NCBI GenBank assembly: GCA_964573235.1 | Contig: CAZNIV010000002.1 | Coordinates: 6,102-70,101 of the forward strand | Direction: 5' to 3' | From: an uncultured Gammaproteobacteria bacterium | Lineage (GTDB): Bacteria > Patescibacteriota > Patescibacteriia > 2-01-FULL-39-33 | DNA length: 64,000 nucleotides | In this document: piece by piece, positions 48,339 through 57,067 of the stretch | Layout: every line of letters starts with the position of its first letter | Numbering within the stretch: position 1 is the stretch's first letter | The notes under the pieces: model-generated | What the model was told of the DNA's origin: nothing | Databases searched by the model: none | The model's input: only the letters and a program-made list of their open reading frames with translations | Made by a program: the position numbers and the translations under genes

Positions 48339-49149
48339 AGTCGGCACTTATCTAGACGGAAAGGAATTAGCCGAAAAATTAAAATTAGATTTACGCAAAA
48401 AAATTGTCGCTAGCAATAAAGAATTTGGTTTAGCTGCCATCTTAATTGGTGATGACCCCGCTTCCCATTTGTATGTTAAGCTCAAAGAAAAAGCGTGCCA
48501 AGATTTAGGTATTAATTTTCATCGTTATTTATTTGACCCTAAATTAACTAGCGAAAAAGAAGTTTTAGAAGCGATCGCTTTTTTAAATAAAGACGAAGAT
48601 ACGACTGGTATTTTAGTGCAGTTACCTTTACCGGAAGGCTTTGATGCTAATAAAATTGTTGGTACTATTACTAAAGAAAAAGATGTAGATGGTTTTATTA
48701 CTGACAACAGTAAAATTCAATCCCCAGTCTCCGTAGCGGTTACTGAATTACTAAATGCCGCTGGTGATTTTGCAAAAAACAAATCTAAACTTAACGCCTT
48801 AATTATTGCTAAAGATGGCGTACTGGCTAATGATTTAAAAAAGCAACTTCAGCAATTAAATTTAAAAACTGTTACTCACGAAACTAATATTCCAAAAAAC
48901 AGTACTGATTATGATGTAATTGTAATTGCTTTGGGTAAACCACAAGCATTGAATAAAACTATGATTAAAAAGGATGCGATTATTATCGATATTGGCATCA
49001 ATAAACTTAAAGATAAAACCGTTGGTGATGTAGCTGAAGATGCCATTAAACAAGCCTCTTTTATCTCTCCCGTTCCTGGTGGGGTTGGCCCACTAACCGT
49101 AGCCGGGCTCATGAAAAATCTTTGCATTCTAGCAGAAGTAGAAAAATAG
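48325..49149 (+). CDS. folD: FolD methylenetetrahydrofolate dehydrogenase/cyclohydrolase (divergent NAD(P) site)
   Basis: Motifs SHLYVKLKEKAC, GILVQLPLP, KDVDG, DIGIN, SPVPGGVGPLTVA. Confidence 0.88.
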   Translation: MAKSKVGTYLDGKELAEKLKLDLRKKIVASNKEFGLAAILIGDDPASHLYVKLKEKACQDLGINFHRYLFDPKLTSEKEVLEAIAFLNKDEDTTGILVQLPLPEGFDANKIVGTITKEKDVDGFITDNSKIQSPVSVAVTELLNAAGDFAKNKSKLNALIIAKDGVLANDLKKQLQQLNLKTVTHETNIPKNSTDYDVIVIALGKPQALNKTMIKKDAIIIDIGINKLKDKTVGDVAEDAIKQASFISPVPGGVGPLTVAGLMKNLCILAEVEK

Positions 49150-49154
49150 AAATT

Positions 49155-49184
49155 AAAAAGCCGCCTCCGTTTCCCGGGGGCGGC
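49155..49184 (-). terminator. Intrinsic terminator
   Basis: GCCGCCCCCG-GGAAA-CGGAGGCGGC-TTTTT. Confidence 0.8.
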
Positions 49185-49201
49185 GTTGTTTTTATCATTG
49201 A

Positions 49202-50155
49202 TCAATTCACACCGACCAAATCCTCTTTGTTTATCACAGCAATTTGCCAATTGTGACAAAACTTAAATTGAATGTCATTAGAGCAACAATTAAACTCCTC
49301 CATAATCAGGCGAATTACCACATTATGCGTTAACCGCATCAACGCATCCAAGCGGTTATTGCGACTGGAAAAAATATCCCAGTCTGTCGTCATCTGTTGA
49401 CGTCGCCAAATCTTCACTCCCTCCGCGCTATCCTCAACATTATCCGGCCAGTAATCCTGACGGACCTGATCGAAAAAATGTGTCAATGAATAGAGTTGCT
49501 TAATCGGCTCAGAAATAACCACTCCCAAAACCGAGTCACGCGAACTGGCCGCCGGAAACCGATCACCCAAAGAGCTTTTGATTTTTGAGCGACCGGTAAT
49601 GATTTCTTCTACACAACGGAAGTAATCATTTAGGAAATGATAGCCCGACCTAAACATCAGTGGCAATTGCTCATCGAAATCAGCGGCCACAATAACATGC
49701 CAGCCGTAGCAGATGTCCCACTCGCTGGCCGGATAAGCCAACAATGGGTGCTGAGAAATAATCGACTCATCAAACATGTCGGCAATGATATTCAAGCACT
49801 CATCTTCCGCCTTCAAAAAACTGAGAAACTCAAGCTTTTTTTCGGGCGGCAGAATAGCTGCGTGAGCGATATCAATCGGGCCACTGGGAACAATTCCCGC
49901 ATTCAAGCCATAATCGGCCACCATACAATCCTTCATGAAAAGCCGTTTTTGCCTTTCATAATATTTCTCCGCCAACTGGTAAAGATACCACCAGCGCTTT
50001 GGCCCATCGCCATTAACCACACCCCAAACTCGGCTATTTTCTTCCACCTCGTCTTCATTCGGCTCAATACCGGAAAACTTTCTGAGCGGAACCTTATCCT
50101 TAAAACCTAAGCGTAAAACTTCGCTCAAACGAAGGGGTTTCATTTTGTAGCTCAT
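49202..50155 (-). CDS. Orphan cassette protein (317 aa), paralog family B, internally duplicated
   Basis: Start reassigned to MSYKMK (ATG 50155), which follows AAGGAGGAAG. Confidence 0.8.
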   Translation of the reverse strand: MSYKMKPLRLSEVLRLGFKDKVPLRKFSGIEPNEDEVEENSRVWGVVNGDGPKRWWYLYQLAEKYYERQKRLFMKDCMVADYGLNAGIVPSGPIDIAHAAILPPEKKLEFLSFLKAEDECLNIIADMFDESIISQHPLLAYPASEWDICYGWHVIVAADFDEQLPLMFRSGYHFLNDYFRCVEEIITGRSKIKSSLGDRFPAASSRDSVLGVVISEPIKQLYSLTHFFDQVRQDYWPDNVEDSAEGVKIWRRQQMTTDWDIFSSRNNRLDALMRLTHNVVIRLIMEEFNCCSNDIQFKFCHNWQIAVINKEDLVGVN

Positions 50156-50247
50156 AACTTCCTCCTTGGGTTGTTTGGTTGCTATTTTTACTGACTTTTT
50201 TATAAAGAACACCCCTTTCTTTTACTCCAATGGGCTTATTTTGTCAA
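50156..50247 (-). promoter_or_regulatory. Cassette leader 7
   Basis: TTGACA(50247)-17-TAAAAG; TGTTCTTTATA(50211); CAACCAAACAACCCAAGGAGGA. Confidence 0.75.
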
Positions 50248-50249
50248 TT

Positions 50250-50287
50250 AAAAAACCCGCCGCAGTTTTAGACAAACTTTGGCGGGT
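50250..50287 (-). terminator. Intrinsic terminator abutting the next cassette promoter
   Basis: ACCCGCC-AAAGTTTGTCTAAAACTGC-GGCGGGT-TTTTT. Confidence 0.75.
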
Positions 50288-50307
50288 AACACGATAACCC
50301 TGGCGAT

Positions 50308-51273
50308 TTAGTGGGCGAACTTTTTGATGGTAACCACTTGCCACCCTTGACGCAACCCAATAACTCTGGGGCAATTGGCACCGACGGCATCGCGCATCGC
50401 GATTTCGTTCAGGCCATTAACAAGATTGATCATCTCGTTGACTCTGGCAAACTGATCATCCAGAAACCGCGCCCGATCAACCGTTTGCTTGCCCATCCAA
50501 ACATCGAAGGCAAGTTTATTGTTTATGTTGTCGGGAACAATCCCGCTGGCATATTCTCCGATGCGCTCCAGCAACAGACACAGCCGCGGAATAATCGGAT
50601 CATCAACTTCGCAAAGCACCGTTTCTTCGTCGCCAACTGGCGGGAGATTAAAACCATGGGCTTTGGCGACAATCAGGTCGGAGCTATCAGAGAAAATCTC
50701 CGTCAGTCGAGCGAACAAATCGCCGACATACTCGCTCTTGGGAATGGGCTCATAATCCATTTTCCTGGCAACGGCAACACACCAGCCGTTAGTGATTTGC
50801 GGTATGGCTTCCTGGCAAGCCGTGATCGGGAATTCCGAGTGCACCGCCTCCCAAAAAAGAGCGCGCCACAATGAAGCCTGAGACCTGGCATGGATAACCG
50901 CCTCGTAAAGCTGTTTGGCCTTTGGATCGGTTTCAACGACACTCTTAACCTTGCCCGCCCCTTGACTCACCTCTTCCAGGTCAATCGCGAGCATCATCTG
51001 GTCTTGGGAAAATTGACACATCGTGATACCCTGACCAAAACCAGGAGCACCCGACATGTTCCGGCGGAGAAGCTCCACCAGTTCCTTGTGACCGTTATTC
51101 GCTTCGTCGATTTTCTTATCAACCAGCGCCAAAATGGCCTGGCCGATCGGATTTTTCATCGTACCGATCACGACACGACCATCTTCCAGTTCTCCATTCG
51201 GCTCAAAGCCAGAAACCGGTACTTGGCCAGAAAAAATCCGGCACAACAATTCACTCGTTCCGCGACGATTCAT
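50308..51273 (-). CDS. Orphan cassette protein (321 aa), paralog family B, internally duplicated
   Basis: AAGGAG SD 8 nt before ATG 51273; GC-rich. Confidence 0.8.
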   Translation of the reverse strand: MNRRGTSELLCRIFSGQVPVSGFEPNGELEDGRVVIGTMKNPIGQAILALVDKKIDEANNGHKELVELLRRNMSGAPGFGQGITMCQFSQDQMMLAIDLEEVSQGAGKVKSVVETDPKAKQLYEAVIHARSQASLWRALFWEAVHSEFPITACQEAIPQITNGWCVAVARKMDYEPIPKSEYVGDLFARLTEIFSDSSDLIVAKAHGFNLPPVGDEETVLCEVDDPIIPRLCLLLERIGEYASGIVPDNINNKLAFDVWMGKQTVDRARFLDDQFARVNEMINLVNGLNEIAMRDAVGANCPRVIGLRQGWQVVTIKKFAH

Positions 51274-51361
51274 GGTCACTTCTCCTTATGCTTTCTTGGT
51301 TGACTAACATTTTATACAAAGAACGACTCATATTATTAACATATTAAAGCTAATTTGTCAA
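51274..51361 (-). promoter_or_regulatory. Cassette leader 8
   Basis: TTGACA(51361)-17-TAATAA; CGTTCTTTGTA(51325); GTCAACCAAGAAAGCATAAGGAGA. Confidence 0.75.
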
Positions 51362-51419
51362 AGGCTCAAATTAAAAAACCGCCAAGTAATAATTATACTT
51401 GACGACCGATAATTTAATT

Positions 51420-51974
51420 TTAATTAGTGCTTTCGGAATTTAATAACAATTCCATCAACTTTACAAATACTAACGCATTAGTTTCTACGTCCGCCATGGC
51501 TCGATGTGCCACCTTCGGCTCATACCCAAAATATTTAGCCACTTCCCCTAAATTATTTTTTGGCAAACGCAATAATTTTCTAGTTAATTCTAGCGTATCA
51601 ATCATTTTATTTTGCATTATACCTAGCGATAAGCGCTTTAAATGATTTGTTACAAACAGCCAATCAAAATCACGAATATTATGCCCAACCACAATATTAT
51701 CGCCCACAAATTTTACAAAATTAGTCATCGCTTTACGCGCCTCTTGACCGTTAACTAATAAAAAAATTTCATTCAAGCCATGGATTTTTTCTACCTCCCT
51801 TGGAACACCTTTAGTTGGCGCGATTAAGGCTTCAAAGCGCTCTACAATTTCGCCATTACGCACTCGGCAAGCAGCAATTTCTACAATTTCATGATTAACC
51901 GGATCTAGCCCAGTCGTTTCAATATCAAACACTACAAAATCCGTAATTAAAAATTTTTGGTATTTCTCATGCAT
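51420..51974 (-). CDS. DEDDh 3'-5' exonuclease (DnaQ/PolC exonuclease-like)
   Basis: Motifs FDIETTG, VGHN..DFD, DTL, HRAMADV. Confidence 0.9.
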   Translation of the reverse strand: MHEKYQKFLITDFVVFDIETTGLDPVNHEIVEIAACRVRNGEIVERFEALIAPTKGVPREVEKIHGLNEIFLLVNGQEARKAMTNFVKFVGDNIVVGHNIRDFDWLFVTNHLKRLSLGIMQNKMIDTLELTRKLLRLPKNNLGEVAKYFGYEPKVAHRAMADVETNALVFVKLMELLLNSESTN

Positions 51975-52064
51975 ACCACTATCTTAAAGCAAAAACCGCC
52001 TAGTGGCAAGACCTTGAAAAAATAGTGCTTTTCGGCTATACTAAATGGGAAATAAATAAACCCT

Positions 52065-53114
52065 ATGTCATTTTCTATCGGCATCGTCGGCTTACCAAAT
52101 GTGGGCAAATCCACTCTTTTTAAAGCTTTGACCAAAAAACAAGTAGACGCAGCTAATTATCCGTTCTGTACCATCGACCCAAACGTTGGCGTGGTAGCTG
52201 TACCCGATGAAAGATTGCGCCAATTATCCGAAATGGCTCATAGCGCTCGAACCATCCCGACCATTATTAATTTTGTGGATATTGCCGGATTGGTTAAAGG
52301 TGCTAGCGAGGGTCAAGGATTAGGAAATAAATTTTTATCTCATATCCGTGAAACTGATGCCATCGTTCAAGTCTTGCGTCATTTTTCTGATAAAAATATC
52401 ATTCATGTAGAAAATCGCGTTGACCCAGAAGCTGATAAAGATATTATCAACTTAGAGTTAATTTTAGCTGACATGCAAACTCTAGAAAAACGCATGAGCA
52501 CCAATGAAAAAATGGTACGCGCCAAAGATAAAGATGCTGTTAAACTACAAGGCATTTATGAAAAATTAAAAGCCGGTTTTGATGCTGGCAAACCGGGTCG
52601 CGAAATAATTACCGACGAAGAAGAAAAATTTCTATTAAAAGACTTAGCCCTTTTGACCATGAAGCCAATGATGTACGTACTAAATGTTGATGAAGATAAT
52701 GTTTTTCAAGAAACTGATTATATCGCTATTTCTGCCAAAATAGAATCTGAATTAGCTGAATTAAATGAAGCAGAAGCAAAAGAATATTTATCCGCCTTAC
52801 AATTAAAAGAATCTGGCTTAGATAAATTAATTCGCAAGGCTTATGAAACCCTAGGGCTCATTACTTATTTCACTACCGGCGAAGATGAAACTAAGGCTTG
52901 GACAATCAAAGTGGGTACTAAGGCACCTCAAGCTGCCGGTGTTATCCATACTGATTTTGAAAAAGGTTTTATTCGCGCAGAAACTATTTTCTGGAAAGAT
53001 TTAGTCGATGCTGGTGGCGAAGCCAAGGCTCGTGAAAAAGGCTTATTACGCTTAGAGGGTAAAGAATACGTTATGAAAGATGGCGACTGTTGTAATTTTA
53101 AGTTTAGCAATTAA
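52065..53114 (+). CDS. ychF: Ribosome-binding ATPase YchF
   Basis: Motifs GLPNVGKST, ANYPFCTIDPN, DIAGLVKGAS, IHTDFEKGFIRAE. Confidence 0.97.
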   Translation: MSFSIGIVGLPNVGKSTLFKALTKKQVDAANYPFCTIDPNVGVVAVPDERLRQLSEMAHSARTIPTIINFVDIAGLVKGASEGQGLGNKFLSHIRETDAIVQVLRHFSDKNIIHVENRVDPEADKDIINLELILADMQTLEKRMSTNEKMVRAKDKDAVKLQGIYEKLKAGFDAGKPGREIITDEEEKFLLKDLALLTMKPMMYVLNVDEDNVFQETDYIAISAKIESELAELNEAEAKEYLSALQLKESGLDKLIRKAYETLGLITYFTTGEDETKAWTIKVGTKAPQAAGVIHTDFEKGFIRAETIFWKDLVDAGGEAKAREKGLLRLEGKEYVMKDGDCCNFKFSN

Positions 53115-53151
53115 AATTTTTGTGCTATAATAAAAGCATAATAAAACTTAT

Positions 53152-53301
53152 ATGCTATTTCAAGACGACACAAAGTTAAAAATGCTTTTTTGGCTCATTG
53201 TAGTAATGGCTATCACTATTGTAATTGGTGTTTGGGAGTTAGGACTAAAGCCCCTATACTATTTAATTATCAGTGTTGTTCAATTAAAATTTGGCGTTTA
53301 A
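53152..53301 (+). CDS. Putative 49-aa membrane peptide
   Basis: MLFQDDTKLKMLFWLIVVMAITIVIGVWELGLKPLYYLIISVVQLKFGV; TGCTATAAT upstream and a terminator downstream. Confidence 0.5.
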   Translation: MLFQDDTKLKMLFWLIVVMAITIVIGVWELGLKPLYYLIISVVQLKFGV

Positions 53302-53318
53302 TTTAAATTTTTATCTCC

Positions 53319-53344
53319 ATCCCGCCCTACTGGCGGGATTTTTT
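53319..53344 (+). terminator. Intrinsic terminator
   Basis: ATCCCGCC-CTACT-GGCGGGAT-TTTTT. Confidence 0.8.
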
Positions 53345-53377
53345 GTGCCTAATTTAGATAAATTATACCTAAAGCTA

Positions 53378-53560
53378 TTGACAAATAGGCAAATATGTGC
53401 TATACTCCAGAGTCGTCACAGTGACGATTTTAGATATAATTGTTCCTTTCATTTTTATTTGAAATTAACAAGCCGGGTGGTTTGTTGATGATAGGATAGG
53501 GGCATGTCGCCCGCAGTATCTGGAAAAGTAGGCCCAAAAGGCCAAAGGAGGAGAGTTCCC
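53378..53560 (+). promoter_or_regulatory. Cassette leader 9 (long leader)
   Basis: TTGACA(53378)-17-TATACT(53401); hairpin TCGTCAC-A-GTGACGA; TGTTCCTTTC(53441); AAAGGAGG(53544-53551). Confidence 0.8.
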
Positions 53561-54343
53561 ATGAATACGACAAACACAAACCCCGCCACCGTCACCGTCG
53601 CCAAGGGATTGATCGAGTTCAACTCGACAGTCTTGGCAGGAATCGTTTTCCGCAAGGAAGACAAGCCGGCCATCAAAGAAGCAACCGAGAAAGTCGCCAA
53701 CGGGCAGTTTCTGGTTCCGCCGGACAACTCCGACGAGCTCCAGCAAATCGGCATCAGTGATGCCAGCCAGAGCGAGAATCTGCTCGAGTTGCAGAAGGAA
53801 CTCATCAAGCTGGTGAAAACTGGCAAAATGGGTCCGATATGCTTGACTCCGGCTGTTCCCCAGACCACCGTGACCGATGTTCGCATGGAAAACGGCGTAG
53901 TCAAGCGCGAGTTCCCCTCGCACTTGGGTCTGCCGGTTATCGTGGCACAGAACGGCCGCAAGGAGTTTCTCCAGCCCCGCTGGTGGTACATTGGTGCTGA
54001 GATCGGTACCGATCTCGTTCCCAGGTTCACCTGCTGGCAGTACGTCGCCACCCTCGACCGGGAAACTGGTCAGTGGTGCTGGAAGCCGGTTCTGGATGAT
54101 CGTGGCGAACATCGTTGCGCCATGGCAACCGGCGATCGGGTAAAACATTTGGTCGGAGCGAGCTGGAGCCATATGGACCACTTCGTGGTTCCGTTGGTGA
54201 ACAAAGCACGCGAATTGGCCAAGAAGGAAGCTAAGGCGAGCACCATTGTCGCCGCTGCCTTCACCCCGCCCAAGCCCCGGCCCCTCGGCACCATCGGCGA
54301 CGCCATGGCCGCCAAGTCCAAAGGCGCCCACCAGGCCGCCTAA
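53561..54343 (+). CDS. Orphan cassette protein (260 aa)
   Basis: Start MNTTNT after AGGAGG. GC-rich: 37/60 G+C in 53581-53640 versus 19/60 in ychF 52381-52440. Confidence 0.82.
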   Translation: MNTTNTNPATVTVAKGLIEFNSTVLAGIVFRKEDKPAIKEATEKVANGQFLVPPDNSDELQQIGISDASQSENLLELQKELIKLVKTGKMGPICLTPAVPQTTVTDVRMENGVVKREFPSHLGLPVIVAQNGRKEFLQPRWWYIGAEIGTDLVPRFTCWQYVATLDRETGQWCWKPVLDDRGEHRCAMATGDRVKHLVGASWSHMDHFVVPLVNKARELAKKEAKASTIVAAAFTPPKPRPLGTIGDAMAAKSKGAHQAA

Positions 54344-54364
54344 ACCAAACAAACCACCCAAACC

Positions 54365-54440
54365 CAGCCGGGCCTACGAAAGTACGCCCGGCTGTTCAAT
54401 TTTTAAGCGAAACAAAAAACGGGCTTTCACCCGTTTTTTA
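54365..54440. terminator. Two hairpins between convergent genes
   Basis: CAGCCGGGC-CTACGAAAGTAC-GCCCGGCTG, and AAAAAACGGG-CTTTCA-CCCGTTTTTT. Confidence 0.75.
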
Positions 54441-54452
54441 TATTTAGAACAA

Positions 54453-55556
54453 TTAAACTTTTTCAAAAATATGAATGCGTCTTTGCACTTTCTGCCCTTC
54501 ACGCTTATACAATAAAGTATTGTCATCAATACGCCTAAAACCCATTTCTTGCACTTCTTCGTCAATTTTAATGGCTACGCGACCTTCAGTTACTTGCCAT
54601 TCAGGAAACACCATCACCACTTTGCCACCCGGATTTAAAATTTTAATAAATTCCTTAAATGCATCAACATAAAGCTTTAATAAATCATGAGCAATCTTTT
54701 GCGCTTCACGCAACTGAGGTACGCCACGCATTGGTGGCCCTAAAAATGGCTCAGTCACAATCGCCTGAATATTTTGCACCCGACTGCTAATCTGACGCAC
54801 ATCAGCGCTCAAAACTTCGTAATTAGCATCGGTTAAACCAAACTCATCTTTAACCCAAGCCAAATTAGTTAAAGTGTCTTTATAAGCGCGATCAGAAATA
54901 TCAGCACCAATCACTTTGCGATAACCCATAGCCATCGCTTCCATTAAAACTGTACCAGAACCGCAAAACGGATCCAAAATTGTATCATCATCATCTTCTA
55001 AGCAAGCTAAGTTGATCATCATCTTACAAAGTTTTGGTGGTAACATGCCGCTTTTAGCATCGGCCGCTGGGCGACCAAAATCTTTAAAACCATATTCTTC
55101 AAAATCCTGTACTGCCTCAGTTACCCCAAGGTAACCAGGGAACACCAAAAAGTCAGTCACTTTTTCTTTAGTTACAATAACTGAAGATAAAGTTTTTTGT
55201 TTACTCACTACTAAACGACTAGAAATATCTTTTTCTTTTAAAGCGTTTTTTACTTCCATACCAATCTTGCGATTTTCTGGCACACCGTAAAAACTAAAAC
55301 CAAATTTAGCCTTACCACCAATATTGCGCGTCATAATTTCTTCAACAATCACCGGCACCTCTAGGGTTTCGCCCAAAACTCGGCCAATCTTAATCGTGCC
55401 ACCTAATTGCTGAATTAAGCCTTTAGGTTCGATATTTTCAGTTTCTACCACTAAAAAATCTTTGCCCTCCGCTAATGACTTAACATTTGTTAAAACAGAA
55501 TAAATTTCGGCCTTAGATAACTCTGGATTATTGCCCAAAATAAAGATAAATTTCAT
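54453..55556 (-). CDS. Trm11/TrmG10-like RNA guanine-N2 methyltransferase (THUMP-like + Rossmann MTase)
   Basis: Motifs FILGNNPELSKAE, GMLPPKLCKMMINL, ILDPFCGSGT, IVTEPFLG. Confidence 0.7.
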   Translation of the reverse strand: MKFIFILGNNPELSKAEIYSVLTNVKSLAEGKDFLVVETENIEPKGLIQQLGGTIKIGRVLGETLEVPVIVEEIMTRNIGGKAKFGFSFYGVPENRKIGMEVKNALKEKDISSRLVVSKQKTLSSVIVTKEKVTDFLVFPGYLGVTEAVQDFEEYGFKDFGRPAADAKSGMLPPKLCKMMINLACLEDDDDTILDPFCGSGTVLMEAMAMGYRKVIGADISDRAYKDTLTNLAWVKDEFGLTDANYEVLSADVRQISSRVQNIQAIVTEPFLGPPMRGVPQLREAQKIAHDLLKLYVDAFKEFIKILNPGGKVVMVFPEWQVTEGRVAIKIDEEVQEMGFRRIDDNTLLYKREGQKVQRRIHIFEKV

Positions 55557-55648
55557 AGTCTTACTTATTTCTAATGGCTTTATCATAGCAAAAATAAGCT
55601 AAAAGCGCCACCCTTGATCTTTTTGTTTATTTATGCTATCATTATCTC

Positions 55649-55797
55649 ACTTTAAAAACACCTTTCCCACCTGCGCTAGTCGCGGGAGTATCTTCCGGAA
55701 AACGGAAGAAAAGGCAATTTTCTCAAAAGTCATTTTTGGCCGGATCACGCTTTCGGCGAAAAATATAAAACCTTGAGGCTTGCCTTGAGGTTTTTTA
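55649..55797 (+). ncRNA. Putative structured RNA / leader upstream of rpsF
   Basis: TTGATC-17-TATCAT promoter (55614-55642), several hairpins (e.g. TCTTCCG-GAAAA-CGGAAGA), and a terminator-like AAAACCTTGAGGC-TT-GCCTTGAGGTTTTTT. Confidence 0.45.
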
Positions 55798-55821
55798 AGT
55801 TTTAATTAACTATACCCGAGT

Positions 55822-56337
55822 ATGAACAATTATGAATTGCTCTACATCGTCTCCAACCAATACACCGAAAAGGAATTGGTAACCATCCAGGAGAAAGTCA
55901 ACGCTTTGATTACCAAGCTTGGCGGCCAAGTGCACTACAAAGATTTCATGGGCAAGAAAAAACTTGCTTATCCAATCGATAAAATGTTACATGGCTATTA
56001 CACTGTTTGTGAATTTGAAATCACCGACAACAACAATGTCAAAGAATTAAGTGAAAACTTAAGATTAGACAAAGAAGTCTTACGCCATATCATCATTGCT
56101 AAGGCTAAAATCACCCCTGATGAAATTAAGAAAAAAGAAGAAATGAAAAAGCGCGAAGAAGCTGATGAAAGAGAAGCTTCCCGCCCAGTTGCTCGTGAAC
56201 GCCGTTTTGAAGATAAAGAAACTCCAACACCTACTCCAGTAACTGAAGAAAAAGTTGAAGAAAAGAAAGCTAAAGTTAAAACTAAAGCTTTAGATGAGAA
56301 ACTTGATGAAATTTTAAAGGAAGACACTGTCGTCTAA
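55822..56337 (+). CDS. rpsF: 30S ribosomal protein S6 with charged C-terminal extension
   Basis: YELLYI, GKKKLAYPI, VLRH; rpsF-ssb-rpsR order. Confidence 0.95.
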   Translation: MNNYELLYIVSNQYTEKELVTIQEKVNALITKLGGQVHYKDFMGKKKLAYPIDKMLHGYYTVCEFEITDNNNVKELSENLRLDKEVLRHIIIAKAKITPDEIKKKEEMKKREEADEREASRPVARERRFEDKETPTPTPVTEEKVEEKKAKVKTKALDEKLDEILKEDTVV

Positions 56338-56365
56338 CTAAATTCAGTCACTCATAACCAAAAAT

Positions 56366-56800
56366 ATGAACTTAAACAAAGTGATCATTATCGGCAACTT
56401 GACTCAAGCGCCAGAAATGAGAACTACCACTAATGGTAATAATGTCGCCTCATTCGCCATTGCAACTAATCGCGTTTGGAAAGATCAGGCTGGGCAAAAA
56501 CAACAGAAGGCAGAATTCCACAGCATTGTCGCTTGGGGTAAACTAGCCGAAATTGCCGGTCAATACCTAACCAAAGGCCAGCTTTGCATGGTAGAAGGAC
56601 GATTAGAAACCCGCAGTTGGGATGACCAGGAAAGCAAGCGCCACTGGAAAACAGAAATTATCGCTGAAAACTTTCAGATGGGCCCTAAAACTGGAGAAAA
56701 GATGGGCGACGAACCAGTTATGACTGCCGTTTCCAGTTCTAAACCCGCTTCCCGCAAAAACGATGAGGAAGAAATAAAAATTGAAGACATCCCATTTTAA
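56366..56800 (+). CDS. ssb: Single-stranded DNA-binding protein
   Basis: NKVIIIGNL, VEGRLETRSW, C-terminal EDIPF. Confidence 0.97.
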   Translation: MNLNKVIIIGNLTQAPEMRTTTNGNNVASFAIATNRVWKDQAGQKQQKAEFHSIVAWGKLAEIAGQYLTKGQLCMVEGRLETRSWDDQESKRHWKTEIIAENFQMGPKTGEKMGDEPVMTAVSSSKPASRKNDEEEIKIEDIPF

Positions 56801-56818
56801 TTAATTTGAATCGCATTT

Positions 56819-57046
56819 ATGGAAAAGAATAAATTGAACCAAAAAGAGCGTTATTGCTTTTTCTGTGTCAACGGCATTGACCAAATCGATTACAAGAACA
56901 CCAATTTATTAAGAAGATTTATCTCTTCTTATTCTAAAATTGTTTCTCGTAAGAGAAGCGGCGTTTGCTCTTTGCACCAGAGAAAATTGGCTATGGCCAT
57001 CAAGCGCGCTAGAATTATGGCTTTCTTGCCATTTATTACCCGTTAA
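56819..57046 (+). CDS. rpsR: 30S ribosomal protein S18 (Zn-binding type)
   Basis: CFFC, IDYKN, HQRKLAMAIKRAR. Confidence 0.96.
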   Translation: MEKNKLNQKERYCFFCVNGIDQIDYKNTNLLRRFISSYSKIVSRKRSGVCSLHQRKLAMAIKRARIMAFLPFITR

Positions 57047-57067
57047 TAAATAAGTCAGCCAAGATAT

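Noticed and set aside
53465-54361. 298-aa minus-strand ORF antisense to the cassette gene
   Set aside because: Shadow ORF expected from GC-rich codon bias. Promoter, SD and terminator all support the plus-strand gene.
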